Positions 11,906-24,569 of a stretch of DNA of 64,000 bases are shown here, piece after piece. The stretch is taken from positions 108,748,001 through 108,812,000 of the forward strand of contig OX597817.1 of the NCBI GenBank assembly GCA_951406725.2, read 5' to 3'. Source of the stretch: Octopus vulgaris. Its lineage: Eukaryota. The notes beneath the pieces are model-generated. The model had not been told where the DNA came from. It saw only the letters and a program-made list of their open reading frames with translations, and searched no databases. Position numbers and translations under genes: made by a program. Positions within the stretch are counted from its first letter, which is position 1; every line of letters begins with the position of its first letter.

Positions 11906-12578
11906 GGGCCGGATTTAGACATAGTGGGACTCCTGGGCCAGTTGGCTTCGGGCTCCCTCTCTATGGTTTTCCGTTCGTAACTCTTAATTATTTAGAGATA
12001 AAAAACAAAACTGTGCATTACAGAAGCAAATCAAAATACAACGAACATATACAATTTCATATCCAATTTTGTGTTTTCCTTAAAGAATTTTTGAATATTT
12101 TGTAAAAATTAATGTCTACCAGCACTTGTATAGACTTCTGACATGCTGATGCTTCCTTGTTCGTTTGTTCAGATAATGCGCTGCTGTTCACTGCCTGCTT
12201 TTATATCAGAAGAAACCATACTCAAATATAAAAGACGATTCCATTAAATCTAAGGGACCCAAACAATTTGAAGAGGCCTCAAAATTTAAAAGGACCTTAT
12301 TAGATTCAGCGGGACTCAAATTTAATGATTTTTTAAAAATTAACAAAGCGCAATAAAGCAACAGAGCTTCAATTTTAAAAGAACTCTGTTAGGTTATAAA
12401 ATAAAAAATAACTAATCAATTGAATGAATTTATTTGATTACTATAAACATATTTTTCAATTTTTAACTCCAAGCTTTAGGTTTCTCTGAGTAAAATGGAC
12501 CCCAATATTGGAGCACACCTATAAGCGTGGGAGTCCCTGGGTCATGGCTCGTATTGTATCATACATAAATCTGGTTTC
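11906..12578. mobile_element. Possible decayed hAT-type non-autonomous DNA transposon
   Basis: Left end gggccggattta and degenerate right end taaatctggtttc; subterminal gggcc/gggac motifs. Confidence 0.35.
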
Positions 12579-13005
12579 GATGAAAAGATATTACACTATA
12601 CCACAAAAATTAGTTGTGGTATTTCTATAGATATTGCTATTTTATAACGAATAGCAGGAACATTATTACTGGCGAATTCAGTAGTTAGCAATACTGGCCT
12701 CAGACCTAATTTAGCATTAAAAATAGCACACTTAACTATATCTTAGTATAGAATGCACTCAAATAGTTTCTGTAAGATTAACCGCAATAAATTTTGGTTT
12801 TAAATTTTGGCAAAAGGTCAGCAAATTCAGAGCAGAGGGTAAATAAATTACATCGACCTCAGTGCTCAACGAGTATCAATTGTATCCACCTTGGAAGGAT
12901 GAAAGGCAAAGTCGACCTCGGTGAAATGTGAACTCAGATTGTGAAGGCTTACTAATCGGAATAAATATTGTCGTTTCAGAAAACAAGACTATGGCTATCT
13001 GGATT

Positions 13006-13424
13006 TCTATTTCTTTATTGGCCACAAGGGGCTAAACATAGAGGAGACAAACAAGGACAAAGGGATTAAGTCGATTACATCGACCCCAGTGCGTAACTGG
13101 TACTTAATTTATCGACCCCGAATGAATGAAAGGCACAGTCGACCTACGCGGAATTTGAACTCAGAACGTAGCGGCAGACGAAATACTTATTTCTTTACTA
13201 CCCACAAGGGGCTAAACACAGAGAGGACAAACAAGGACAGACAACATAGGTATTAAGTCGATCACATCGACCCCAGTGCGTAACTGGTACTTAATTTAAT
13301 CGGCCCCGAAAGGATGAAAGGCAAAGTCGACCTCGGCGGAATTTGAACTCACAACGTAACGGCAGACGAAATACCGCTAAGCATTTCGCCCGGCGTGCTA
13401 ACGTTTCTGCCAGCTCGCCGCCTT
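13006..13424 (-). mobile_element. Dimeric SINE family B with TSD
   Basis: Two tandem units; TSD atggctatct(g/t)gatt at 12991-13005 and 13426-13440. Confidence 0.92.
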
Positions 13425-13522
13425 AATGGCTATCTTGATTCATCATGTAGAAGCTATCTGGATTTATCTCGTAGAAGCACTTCCGCATGCACACACTCAC
13501 ATAAATATACACAGGCACAAAC

Positions 13523-13561
<39 letters not shown>

Positions 13562-13929
13562 TACACACGCACACGCAGCATGCACACAAACGCACACTCA
13601 CGCACACATAAGCACACACATTTCTGGAAGAAGTGTAGAGAATTCAATTGAAGTCAGAATAACATTATTACACAGTGTTTACAGGATGAATATTCTGCTG
13701 CTTTCAGTTTCATCAGCTACTTTCAGTTTCAATAACGTGATAATGCGTTGCACTTAGCATATCACTCGTGTATTATTTATTTACCATCGTCTCATTACTT
13801 TATACACGCTATTTTCCAAGCGCCTGCTGTGTATAGAAAAATGTGATGCAAGGGAGAAAACTCATAGATAGTTTATCTCGATTCATTCTCCACGTGCAAT
13901 TCTGAGTGCAATTATTTTTTACATTGTTT

Positions 13930-14210
13930 GTCATCGTCATCGTCATCGTCGTTATCGTCTTCATCGTCGTCATCGTCGTCTTCGTCGTCATCGTCATAGT
14001 AGTAGTAGTAGTAGTGGTGGTAGTGGTGTTGGTGTTGGTGTTGGTGGTGGTTGTAGTAGTAGTAGTCTTAACGTTCACTTTTCCATGCTTGCAATGATCA
14101 AACAACCTTGCTGAGGAATAATTTTGAAAGACGGATGTTCTTCCTTCCGCCAAGCTTTACATTTCCAAGGAACTCAATGTTTCCCTTCGTTCCTCAAACA
14201 ACGAATAAGG
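13930..14210 (-). mobile_element. Retroposon 3' tail (RTE-type) with an expanded trinucleotide tract
   Basis: Minus strand gcaagcatggaaaagtgaacgttaagact followed by (ACT/ACC/GAT/GAC)n. Confidence 0.5.
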
Positions 14211-14230
14211 TAAACGCATAAACATACACA

Positions 14231-14279
<49 letters not shown>

Positions 14280-14873
14280 ATTTACACACGCGCATGCAGG
14301 CATACATACACATACAAATATACCACATGTACACACGTACACATACTCATACACACATGCACACGCGAATATAGGCACGAACGCACACATACACACACAC
14401 ACACATATCTGTCTAACAAATTGCAACACATGAGATTGGTCGCTACGAAGCTACAATAGTAGACACTTACCTAAGGTGCTGTACAGTGAGACTGAACTTA
14501 AAATCACGTAACCGTACAGTGAAATTCTTAGCCACACCATCTGGGAAGTGTGAAAGGGCTAACTTACCTGCAGTGAATACCTGAGGGTTGTTACGAATGT
14601 TCAGCAAATAATCTAAAACACTGACGCATTTTGCTTGTCAGTAGTGTATCTCTGAACCTGTAAGCTTTGTTAGATTTGATGAGTCGAGATGCATTTAAGG
14701 GCACCGATTACATTGATACTCGAGACAAGCGACTTACAACGATAAGAATAAATGCACAGTGATTCAAAGAAATCGGGAATACTTTGAAGTTCTAAGTTTT
14801 TTCTGAAGGTATGGGAGCGATTTTACTGAGATCGAGCTCGAGTTTTCCTTCTTTTAATATTTCCTATTGAAAA

Positions 14874-15075
14874 AGCGGCGAGCAGGCAGAATCGTCAGCA
14901 CGCTGGGAAAATACTTAGTGATATTTCATCTGCCTTTACGTTCTGAATCCAAATTCCGGCGAGGTGGACTTTGCCCTTCATGCTTTCGAAGTTGGTGAAA
15001 TAATTACAAGATGAGCATTGAGATAGATGTAATCGACTTACACACCCTTGATGGCCTTGAGACAAAATTTGAAAC
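14874..15075 (+). mobile_element. Decayed SINE family B
   Basis: gcggcgagcaggcagaatcgtcagcacg head and core. Confidence 0.8.
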
Positions 15076-15950
15076 CAAACATGTCCATTTGAAGGATAAG
15101 AGTGGAGATTGAGTAAGATAGGAGCAGTTGCAAAGGAAGTTGTGCTAAGCAGCTGAGGAGCAGGTTGAAAGGTGAGAACGAATGGAATCTGGAAGACATC
15201 TGCATTGTGTGTATGAGAATACAACTAACAGATTGGGATCATTGATGAACAAAGGTTAGGTATGACAGCATAAAATAAAACTACAACCCATTGTTTCCAA
15301 TATAATAGTCTTGATTTCAGAGGTGGTGGAACCGAAGATGGCAGGTTTGGGGGATTAGTACGTGTAGATAATTGAGTTAGATTATTTCTCGCACATATTG
15401 TCAAAAAACTCATTGTGACAATTGTAGAGGCTCTCATTAAGTCGAAACCTAAATTTGCAGGTTAATGTCTCACTGAAACATTTACATGTTTTTCTTATGC
15501 TTGTAGTCATGATATTCTGTTGCTAACATTACTTTGAAGTGAAACAGTCTATTGAAGGCAACCCATATAAATGTTGGTCTCAAGTTTTGGTACAAGACCA
15601 GTTATTTGTGGGGAGAAGTGTAAATCGATCAACTCGTCCCCAGTGGTTGATTCCTTGTAGGCCAAAACAATTATTCAGATTGAAGTCTGCTTGGAATATT
15701 TCAAATCAAAAAGTCACATACGCATATACATACACATGCGCACGCATGCACATACTCGTACACGAATGCACGCACGCGCTGACACAAAGCAATTACTGCT
15801 GCAACATAGTTTGTAAAGCAGCAAAAACTTGTAGACTAAGGGAGGCTACTTTTATAGCAGCGATTAAATTACGCTTCGGCAGTCGTTTCAGTAATGTATA
15901 TCGGATTCCGATTACATCCATGTAGTATTTTCACACACACACACACACAC

Positions 15951-16149
15951 ACATACATATAAGGGAGATGACCACTAAGTGGACATCCATTATGCCTGAA
16001 GTCGACCCCCTATGGTCTTACAACTAAGAAAGGAATGTTCTCAAGAAAGTGTTCTTGAGAACATTCCTTTCTTAGTGGTAAGACCAATACGGGGTCGACT
16101 TTTAGCATAATGGATGTCCACTTAGTGGTCATCCCTCTTATATGTATGT
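15951..16149. repeat. About 200-bp near-perfect palindrome (foldback or MITE-like)
   Basis: Arms 15951-16047 and 16052-16149, 4-nt loop agtg. Confidence 0.93.
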
Positions 16150-16371
16150 AATAAAAATTTTCTGACTCTTCAGATTTTTCTATACGCTCGACCACTGGTT
16201 TTAAAATTGATATTAATCAAATTAATATTAAATTTTTCACCCTTATTATTTATATATATATATATAGAATGATGTGTGTGTGTTTGTGTGTATGTGTGTG
16301 TTTGTGTGTGAGAGTATGTGTAGACACAGAGAGTATGTAAGATAAGTATATATATTTATATATATATGCAT

Positions 16372-16690
16372 TATCTTTTACTTGCTTCATTCGTTTAGGC
16401 TGTGGTCATGCTGGGGCACCATCTTGAAGAATTTTAGGATATAACTTTTAAAGCCTGGTAATTATTCTATCGTTTTGTTTTGCCGAACCACTAATCTTAG
16501 GGGACGTATACACGTACACGCATAAATATAATATATTTATTTATACCCACCGAATCCATTCACAAGGCTTTGGTCGGCCCGGAGCTATAGCAGAAAACTT
16601 TTGTTCCGGTTGTCACGCATTGAGACTGAACGTAGAACCACTAGCTTGGGAAGCAAATTTCGTACCATACAGCCACGCCTGCTCTGCACC
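16372..16690 (-). mobile_element. Decayed SINE family A
   Basis: cacaaggctttggtcggcccgg...accatacagccacgcct. Confidence 0.8.
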
Positions 16691-16705
16691 TATATGTATA
16701 TATAT

Positions 16706-16859
16706 CTGTTGAAGAGCGTAGGCTCGAAACGTTAAAGGCTTGTTTCATTTATATTTCCTGAGCGCCATACTAATACAATTGTTTGTTTGTATTCCACCTG
16801 CCTTCGTCTTTTGTTTATTTCCGTAAACCTGCCTTCGTCTATTTTCATAAAGCTTACCG

Positions 16860-16861
<2 letters not shown>
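16706..16861 (+). mobile_element. PLE-like family copy that starts at its hammerhead motif, flanked by (TA)n
   Basis: CTGTTGA agagcgtaggctc GAAA cgTT aaag; near-identical to 3786-3917. Confidence 0.8.
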
Positions 16862-16932
<71 letters not shown>

Positions 16933-17149
16933 GTTCCATTAGAGGTTAAATAAGCCTCATTGAGGAAGGGATAATAATATCCAATGAACTTATTGCTTTC
17001 CTAGCTATTATTTATTTTGAATATTAGTTTTAATATATAAAAATAGGTAATTAAATAAACCGAGGTTTATAATTATTTAAGAAAAATAAGAAAACAGAGA
17101 TAAAGTAAGCAATGATTATATTTATTAATTACAAAACTTAGGCATAATC

Positions 17150-17227
17150 CCTGACAGCCGTTTCCATTCAGACTTTGCAAATTACTAAAAATAGTTAAAT
17201 CATTATAAAGTTGAATTTCATCGGAGG
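17150..17227 (-). ncRNA. Hammerhead motif (U4C variant, GUC site)
   Basis: Minus strand: cct CCGATGA aattca...tgaatg GAAA cggctg TC agg. Confidence 0.55.
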
Positions 17228-17459
17228 TAGCAAAAAGATATACCATTATTACATTTCTATATTTTTATGTGTTAAGTGTATGGAGCACTAAGGCTAACTG
17301 AGTATTGTTCTATAGAAACATTTGGTATAAACCTTATAAAGGTGGGGAAAGTAGTATACTTAGAGAAGTAAATATAAAGAAATAATATGCTTTGGGTAAA
17401 CATCAAAAGTATAAAGTAATATATAGTAATAAACTGTATATTTAAGTATCAAAGTAATA

Positions 17460-17830
17460 CTCTCTTTACTTGTTTCAATCATTTGACTGCGGCCATGCTG
17501 GAGCACAACCTTTAGTCGAGCAAATCGACCCTGGGACTTATTCTTTGTAAACCTAGTACTTATTCCATCGGTTTCTTTTGCCGAACTGCTAAGTGACGGG
17601 GACATAAAGCAATGCTAGGAGGACAAACACAGACACAAACATATACACACACACACATATATATACATATATACGACTGGCTTCTTTCCGTCTACCAAAT
17701 CCACTCATAAGGCTTTGGTGGGCCTGAAGCTATAGTAGAAGACACTTGCCCAAGATGCTACGCAGTGGGATTGAACCCGGAATCATGTGGTTGGTAAGCA
17801 AGCTACTTACCATACAGCCCTTCCAGCGCC
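17460..17830 (-). mobile_element. SINE family A
   Basis: Full reverse-complement match to the family. Confidence 0.9.
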
Positions 17831-19379
17831 TATTATGTTAGAAACAGTTAATATAAGTGTATATATTTATAAAAATTTTAGTAATATAATATATTCTCGG
17901 TAATCATTGAAAAATATAGAAATAAACAATATATGGTAATTAACCTTGTATTTAGATATCATATTATTATTAGGTTAAATATATTTATAAAAATTTAAGT
18001 AATAAGGGTAAATGAAAATAAAAAAAATAAATGGGTAGAGTTATAGGTAAAAATACCTATATTTTTGAATGCATATATGAATATAAATACGTTAAAATAT
18101 TTATACATATAGAAATACATGAAGATAAATAAAAATAAAATAAAGAACAAAGATTAAACGAGTACAGCCATAATCACATCTTGTGTATATACCTACATAT
18201 ATTTACACGTTCATACATAATAAATACATGTAAATATCTGTGAAGAAATCGCATGCAAATAATTATATAAATATACAAGTACTTAATACACATATACAAG
18301 AATTATATGTATATATATTTGTGCAAAAATGTGTTACTACTTAGATTCAAACTCAACTGTTTACTTATGTTCAAATAGGGTTCAATGAAAATAAAAAATA
18401 CTAATACAAAGGTGAATAACAGAAAAAATAAAAATGTACTTGTTATACGTACTAATTTACATTAGTAAAAAAAATGGCGCATCTAAATCTACTTTGTAAT
18501 AATTAAACAAGTAAGAGAATCCATTGGTCATATTTTAAAAAGTAGCTGTCCATTTATCTAAGTATCATTAACGGTAATGTAATATATAATAAATGAATAA
18601 TAAATAAATAAAGACAAACAGACAGACAGCCAGAAGGAAACAAAGAAAGAATATACAAAAACAGAGTTAATATGCTATGTTTATAAATAAAAGAGCTAGG
18701 AAAAAAATCTTATATCAAAGAAAAATGTTATAGTTATTTTACGATTTAAGGGATAAAATGTCCCTGTGTGCAATTTATAATATAATAAATACATAAAGGA
18801 AGAAAGAAACGAAATAAGATCAGTGTTAATAAGTTATTTGTATAAATAAAAGAGTAAGGAAAAACCCCATATATTAAAGAAAAATGTTTTTTCCATTTAG
18901 TATGGAGTGTGCAAAATATAGTGGTAGTAAAGGGGAAGTAAATATAGGTATTTATTTTATCCAGGGAATAATAAAATTATCGAAAAATTATTATAGATGA
19001 AAACTTTTTTTTTAATATAAAGCTTGAAAAATAAATATATCTTAATGGCAGTGCCCCAGCATGGCCACAGCTCATTAGCTGAAACTGGAAAAATCAAAAA
19101 AATAAAAAATCAAATCTATATATATATTAGTTTATTAAATGAAATAAATAGAAAAGCTGGATAGCTAATATTAGTTAAAATATTATATAATGGGGGTGGG
19201 AGAAAGGGTCAATATTAATATTGTCTAAAGTAGGGGGAAAGAAATTTATAAATTAGTCTTAATTATATTAATGACACGTAAAGGGGGAATACAGATTAAC
19301 AATGTTAAATTAAAATAATAATTACTACTATTAGGGAATTAAGTAAGAAATGTAAAAATGTATTAGAAAAATGTAGGGA

Positions 19380-19425
<46 letters not shown>

Positions 19426-19454
19426 CGAGAGAGAGAGAGAGAGAGAGAGAGAGG

Positions 19455-19760
19455 GGAGGCGCAATGACCCAGTGGTTAGGGCAGCGGACTCGCGGTTGTA
19501 GAATTGCGGTTTCGATTCCCAGACTAGGCGTTGTGAGTGTTTATTGAGCGAAAACATCTAAAGCTCCACGACGCTCCGGCAGGGGGTGGTGGCGATCCTT
19601 GCTGTACTCTTTCGCCACAACTTTCTCTCACTCTTTCTTCTGTTGGCCTGCTCGTTTAACCAGCGGGGTGGCGTCATTTGAAGGCTAAAACAATACGAAG
19701 CGCATTGTGACCAGCGATGTGTAGCAATATCTGATAGTCTGGACGGTCACGGTGATCACG

Positions 19761-19763
<3 letters not shown>
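19455..19763 (+). mobile_element. tRNA-derived SINE family C, tail type 1
   Basis: ggaggcgcaatgacccagtggttagggcagcggactcgcgg...ggtttcgattccc; ends cacggtgatcacggtga. Confidence 0.9.
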
Positions 19764-19824
<61 letters not shown>

Positions 19825-20176
19825 TATACATATATATATATAATAGAGAAAGAGGAGATAGAAAGAAAGATATAAGGTATTAGTATAGGTATAAAACTCT
19901 TAATCCAAGTAAATTTGAAAGTAAATGAAAACAAACGGTTTTATCAGGTGGTGTTATTGAGTTAGACATGACCTGCGCCTATACTGGCTGAAACCTATCA
20001 AAGTTGCTTTTAAAATAAAAATAAATATAGATATAAAGATGAATATAAGTCTATATTTAAAATATCAAGTATGGGATTAATAATAGAAAACCGTGTGGGC
20101 CCTATTAATAAGTAGCATACTTTATCAACAATATAGTAAATAAAAGTAGCAGCATGGGTTAAGGGTTAATGTATAG

Positions 20177-20292
20177 GGCGGCGAGCTGGCCTAAATGTTA
20201 GCACGCCGGGCGAAATGCTTTGTGGTATTTCGTCCGCCGCTAGGTTCTGAGTTCAAATTCCGCCGAGGTCAACTTTCGGGGTCGATAAATTA
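20177..20292 (+). mobile_element. 3'-truncated SINE family B
   Basis: ggcggcgagctggcc...gagttcaaattccgccgaggtc. Confidence 0.85.
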
Positions 20293-21785
20293 ATGTGTAA
20301 CTATAATAGTGAGACAGGAAATTAAACATCTATTATCTATTTATTCATATTTGAAAAATACATATTTTCCAGCGTGTACACAAAAAATATCATAAAAGTA
20401 TTATTGATTACTTGTGTATTATAAAATTATGAAAAGCATATTTTTCTAGATGTCATTGTCGATTAACCACTGAGCAGCCTATGCGATCAGATATTATTAA
20501 TGGTTACCGTCTACAGCTACCCAGACTGTGTCTATCCTTGACTGTTGTGTTCAGTATGCTCCTCCTCTTTGAAAACGGTTGAGTGTAACTAATAAAACTT
20601 TACTTGCTATTTTTGGTTGATTGTTAATCCGGGTTTTTGTGCTACTTTAGATTTAAGATCATTTAGGCTTGACCAAAGCTCGTTAAATTATTTACTTTCA
20701 TGACGGAAGGAAGATGCACTGACTTCTAAAAATCTTTTAGTAAAACTTTATACTACAAACACTTTTACAATAATCCCAACTGTTTCACAGGATCTCTCTG
20801 GAATAACACCCAACTTTCTGTACAATTTACTTTTCTGGAGTTAATTTATAATGTTTGATAATTTTTTTTACAGATAAATATTATCTGTAAAAACACAAAT
20901 TTCATGAAAGAGCTAAAGAGATAACAGTCAGTTACATCTATCATGGCTTCTAAATTATTTTATCGTTTCTGGAATACTTTTCACGCTTCGAATTACACGC
21001 AAGTCATTCACCTTCTTAGATTAAAAACCTACTGCAGTAGATGAAATACACTTACAGCAATGCGATATGCAATATTCAAACGAAAATAGTTATTATATAT
21101 ATGTTTAGCTATATATATTAAAGTGACGGTTACAATACTAAATATCAAGCAAAACAAAAGCAAGCAAATAAATGGATCGATCCATGATTTTTCTTTAAAA
21201 ATTTAATATTGGGTAACAGTATTACATCTATGAAAGAAATGAGGCAAACCATGGGAGATTACTCTTGCATTTCAATTGTTAAAGTTGTTTCCCATATGAG
21301 CAAAGCTTTATATTTTAAATAGTTATTTGGGAGTGTTAAATTTTAACACGAAACATTGTGGTTTCAGGTAATTTATTATTGAATTTATGATTGCGATTTT
21401 TTCTAGGAAATTTTGATATCATGCAGTTTCAAATTAAAGGTCATCTGCTTGTTGTGGTAGAATTTTAAAGCAACAAAGAGATGTGCCGCAGCGGACTGGT
21501 GTATCACAAGCGGTAATTAAAAGTGTTAAGGCTTTTTATAAATAACAGATGGTTTATTTAAAATCCATACTAATGCATGATTAATATTCATACGTGTCAC
21601 TCCAAATTATCAGGAAGTATAAAACTTTGAGAACTGCTGTTTTTCAGAATGCAATGTACAGTTATCCAATAAAGATTGATGACAAAGATCTTAATATAAT
21701 GGTGTTCATGTATTCGAATGCGACAACTGAAAAGTAGTTGCGAACGGACATACATCCAAAGAGATAGTAATATGCAAGTTCTTGA

Positions 21786-22183
21786 AGGCGGCAACCTGGC
21801 AGAAACGTTAGCACTCCGGGCGAAATGCTTAGTGGTTATTTCATCTGTCTTTATGTTCTGAGTTCGAATTCCACCGAGGTCGACTTTGCCTTTCATCCTT
21901 TCGGGGTCGATTAAATAAGTACCAGTTATGCCCTAGGGTCGATATAATCGACTTAATCCGTCTGTCTGTCCTTGTTTGTCCTGTCTGTGTTTAGCCCCTT
22001 GTGGGTAGTAAAGAAATAGGTATTTCGTCTGTCTTCTACGTTCTGAGTTCAAATTCCGCCTTGGTTGTCTTTGCCTTTTATCCTTTCGGGGTCGATAAAC
22101 TAAGTACTAGCTGCGTACTGGGGTCAGTCAAATCGACTCGCCCCACCATCAAAATTTCGCGCTTTGTGTCTTGAGCAGAAAAG
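21786..22183 (+). mobile_element. Dimeric SINE family B with TSD
   Basis: Two units; TSD aatatgcaagtt at 21769-21780 and 22184-22195. Confidence 0.9.
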
Positions 22184-22274
22184 AATATGCAAGTTTGTCT
22201 TTCTGTTCCAAAGAAATATATAAAGTTTTGTTTATCAGAAACCAATATGAGTATATATTCTTTATTTTTTATTT

Positions 22275-22425
22275 TTTTATTTGTTTCAGTCATTTGACTG
22301 CAGTGATGCTAGAACACCGCCTTTAATCGAACAAATTGACTTATTCTTTGTAAGCTGAGTACTTATTCTATCGGTTTCTTTTGCCGAACCGCTATGTTGC
22401 GGGGACATAAACGCACCAACACACT
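22275..22425 (-). mobile_element. SINE family A, 3' half
   Basis: gtttcagtcatttgactgc...ttttgccgaaccgcta. Confidence 0.85.
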
Positions 22426-22493
22426 CACACACGTATAATAACATAAATAATATATATATATATTGTTATATTTCGGAATGGTCATATTTAAAC

Positions 22494-22552
<59 letters not shown>

Positions 22553-22619
22553 GCACATATATATACATACATATATATACATACTTGCATATATATGTAT
22601 ATCTATATGAATATATAGA

Positions 22620-23000
22620 AGGTTACAGAAGGTTACAGAACGTAAACATGAATTACGAAATATGAAAACAACATAAAATACAAAAGGAAATTTGGGTATG
22701 CGAACAATGAGAGAAACAAATGGAAAACAAGCCAAGTAACAACCCTTCATCAGTTGTCGGCTGTTCATCTACTCCACGTTTCGAGCAATTAATGACATTA
22801 TGAGGCTTCGAAAAATAGTTGCCTCCGCGAACCAAATAGAATTTGGGATTTGCAGAGGATCAAAGTTGGTAACAAAATCAGGACAGTAGAGACATACAAC
22901 AAACCAAACGAAAACAAATATGGAGGGCTGTTAGGCCAGACGAAGAAAGGTAGCGCTCTCGCGTTGTTCGCATACCCAAGTTTGCCTTCGTATTTCATGT
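22620..23000 (-). mobile_element. PLE-like remnant between (TA)n tracts with a short inverted duplication
   Basis: ttgggtatgcgaacaa (22692) inverted at 22964; related sequence at 24300-24480. Confidence 0.5.
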
Positions 23001-23040
23001 AAGAATGTACATATATATGTATATATACATATATACATAC

Positions 23041-23089
<49 letters not shown>

Positions 23090-23198
23090 CAAGAAAAAAT
23101 TATAGAAAGGCAGAATGCTAAATTGAAGGTAAATTTTAATGAAAATGAGTGTATGGAAAATTTTAAAAAAATTAAAAATATATATATATATATATATT

Positions 23199-23240
23199 AA
23201 TTCAAATCGGTTTTCGTCGCAATTCGACTTTTCAAGAATT
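23199..23240 (-). ncRNA. Hammerhead motif, U3-A8 variant
   Basis: Minus strand: aattc TTGAAAA gtcg aattg cgac GAAA accgat TT gaatt. Confidence 0.7.
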
Positions 23241-23763
23241 GTAAGGTGAAAAGAACATTTTTTTTTATAATTGAGGAGGGGGAAAAAAGAAAATTACATT
23301 GTTTTTTGCAAAAAATAATAATAAACATATACAAAAATAAAAAAATAGGTACACCGATACATTGTAAAGTCTTTGTGTATCTCGAGTTCAAAGGTAGTTC
23401 TTGGAAAAATTACCTTGGAGGATTAAGATCCATGTGATTAAATCCATGTGGTGTTTAATTTAGGATGTTTGTTAAATGAATGTCAAAACAGGAAATGGGG
23501 TAGGAGTTATCCAGTTCCTGTGAGTAAGGGGAGACAACTCTGTGGATTTTATGCTCTTTAATTGGGATTATCAATTTTTTGTAAGATAGGATGATAATAA
23601 ACCTTAAATTATAAAATTTTCATTTTAGCTTCATTTGCATTATCTTTTTTTTATATAATTGCTTGTTAACTTAACATTCAGATTTTAACGCTTATTTATA
23701 TTGTTTTCTAATTATATAAATTTACATAAACAAATTTATAATTTCATTTCAGATTGTTATGTC

Positions 23764-23769
<6 letters not shown>

Positions 23770-23852
<83 letters not shown>
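23770..23852. repeat. (AAT)n microsatellite
   Basis: Direct reading. Confidence 0.97.
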
Positions 23853-23857
<5 letters not shown>

Positions 23858-23953
23858 GAATATAATTTTTAGCTTGAATTGATAACTGCATGATATCCTT
23901 ATATATTTGTATTAGTCTATCCATGGAGAATGAGGTAGAAAAAAGAAGTATGA

Positions 23954-24215
23954 TTATCGTGGAGTTTGCATATTAAGATGCGTTTTGAATTTTTCAATAA
24001 AAAGATTCTCCTTGTTATTTCTTTCTTGTGTAGTGATTCCGTCTTTACATTGGTAGAAGGGGAATTTGTAAAATTTGGGATTTTTGTCTTTAGCGCACGA
24101 GTCTAGGTGGCTACTTAGTGGAATTTGACGGTATTCTGGGAGATTTATTTGTTCTTTATGGACCGCTACTCTTTTGCGTAAAGGGTGGCTCGTTTGTCCA
24201 ACATAATTATGTTGG

Positions 24216-24217
<2 letters not shown>
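23954..24217 (-). pseudogene. PLE GIY-YIG endonuclease C-terminal fragment (87 codons, open)
   Basis: CQHNYVGQTSHPLRKRVAVHKEQINLPEYRQIPLSSHLDSC...FPFYQ...ERNNKENLFIEKFKTHLN; absent from the ORF track. Confidence 0.88.
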
Positions 24218-24285
<68 letters not shown>

Positions 24286-24533
24286 GTATATTTATCTATC
24301 ACGGAGGATGAAAGTGGTAACAAAAACAGGACAGTGAAAACAAAACAGTAAAAACAAATGGTGAGGGCTGCTAAGCCAAGAGGATGTGAAGTGGTGAACG
24401 TTGGATAAATGAGCTTTGAGAAGAGACAGGTAAAAGCACGTCTTGTCTTTGTGAAGGAAGTGGCAGAAAGAAGGGTGGATGGCCGTTGGTCACGTGTGAG
24501 CAGCGAGAGAGAACCAAGGAGGAAGAGTGTGTA

Positions 24534-24569
<36 letters not shown>

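Larger units (their letters stand above)
23088..24217 (-). mobile_element. 5'-truncated Penelope-like retroelement inserted in (TA)n
   Basis: GIY-YIG C-terminus, AT-rich 3' region, hammerhead, (TA)n on both sides. Confidence 0.85.

Noticed and set aside
19455-19530. tRNA-like sequences in SINE heads
   Set aside because: Each continues into a SINE body and lacks a proper acceptor stem and terminator; not tRNA genes
20864-20893. Short palindrome tttttacagataaatattatctgtaaaaa
   Set aside because: Short and AT-rich, plausibly chance, with no associated element
22741-22820. Minus-strand GAAACGT and CTGATGA close together
   Set aside because: The order and pairing do not give one intact hammerhead; at best these are two decayed halves
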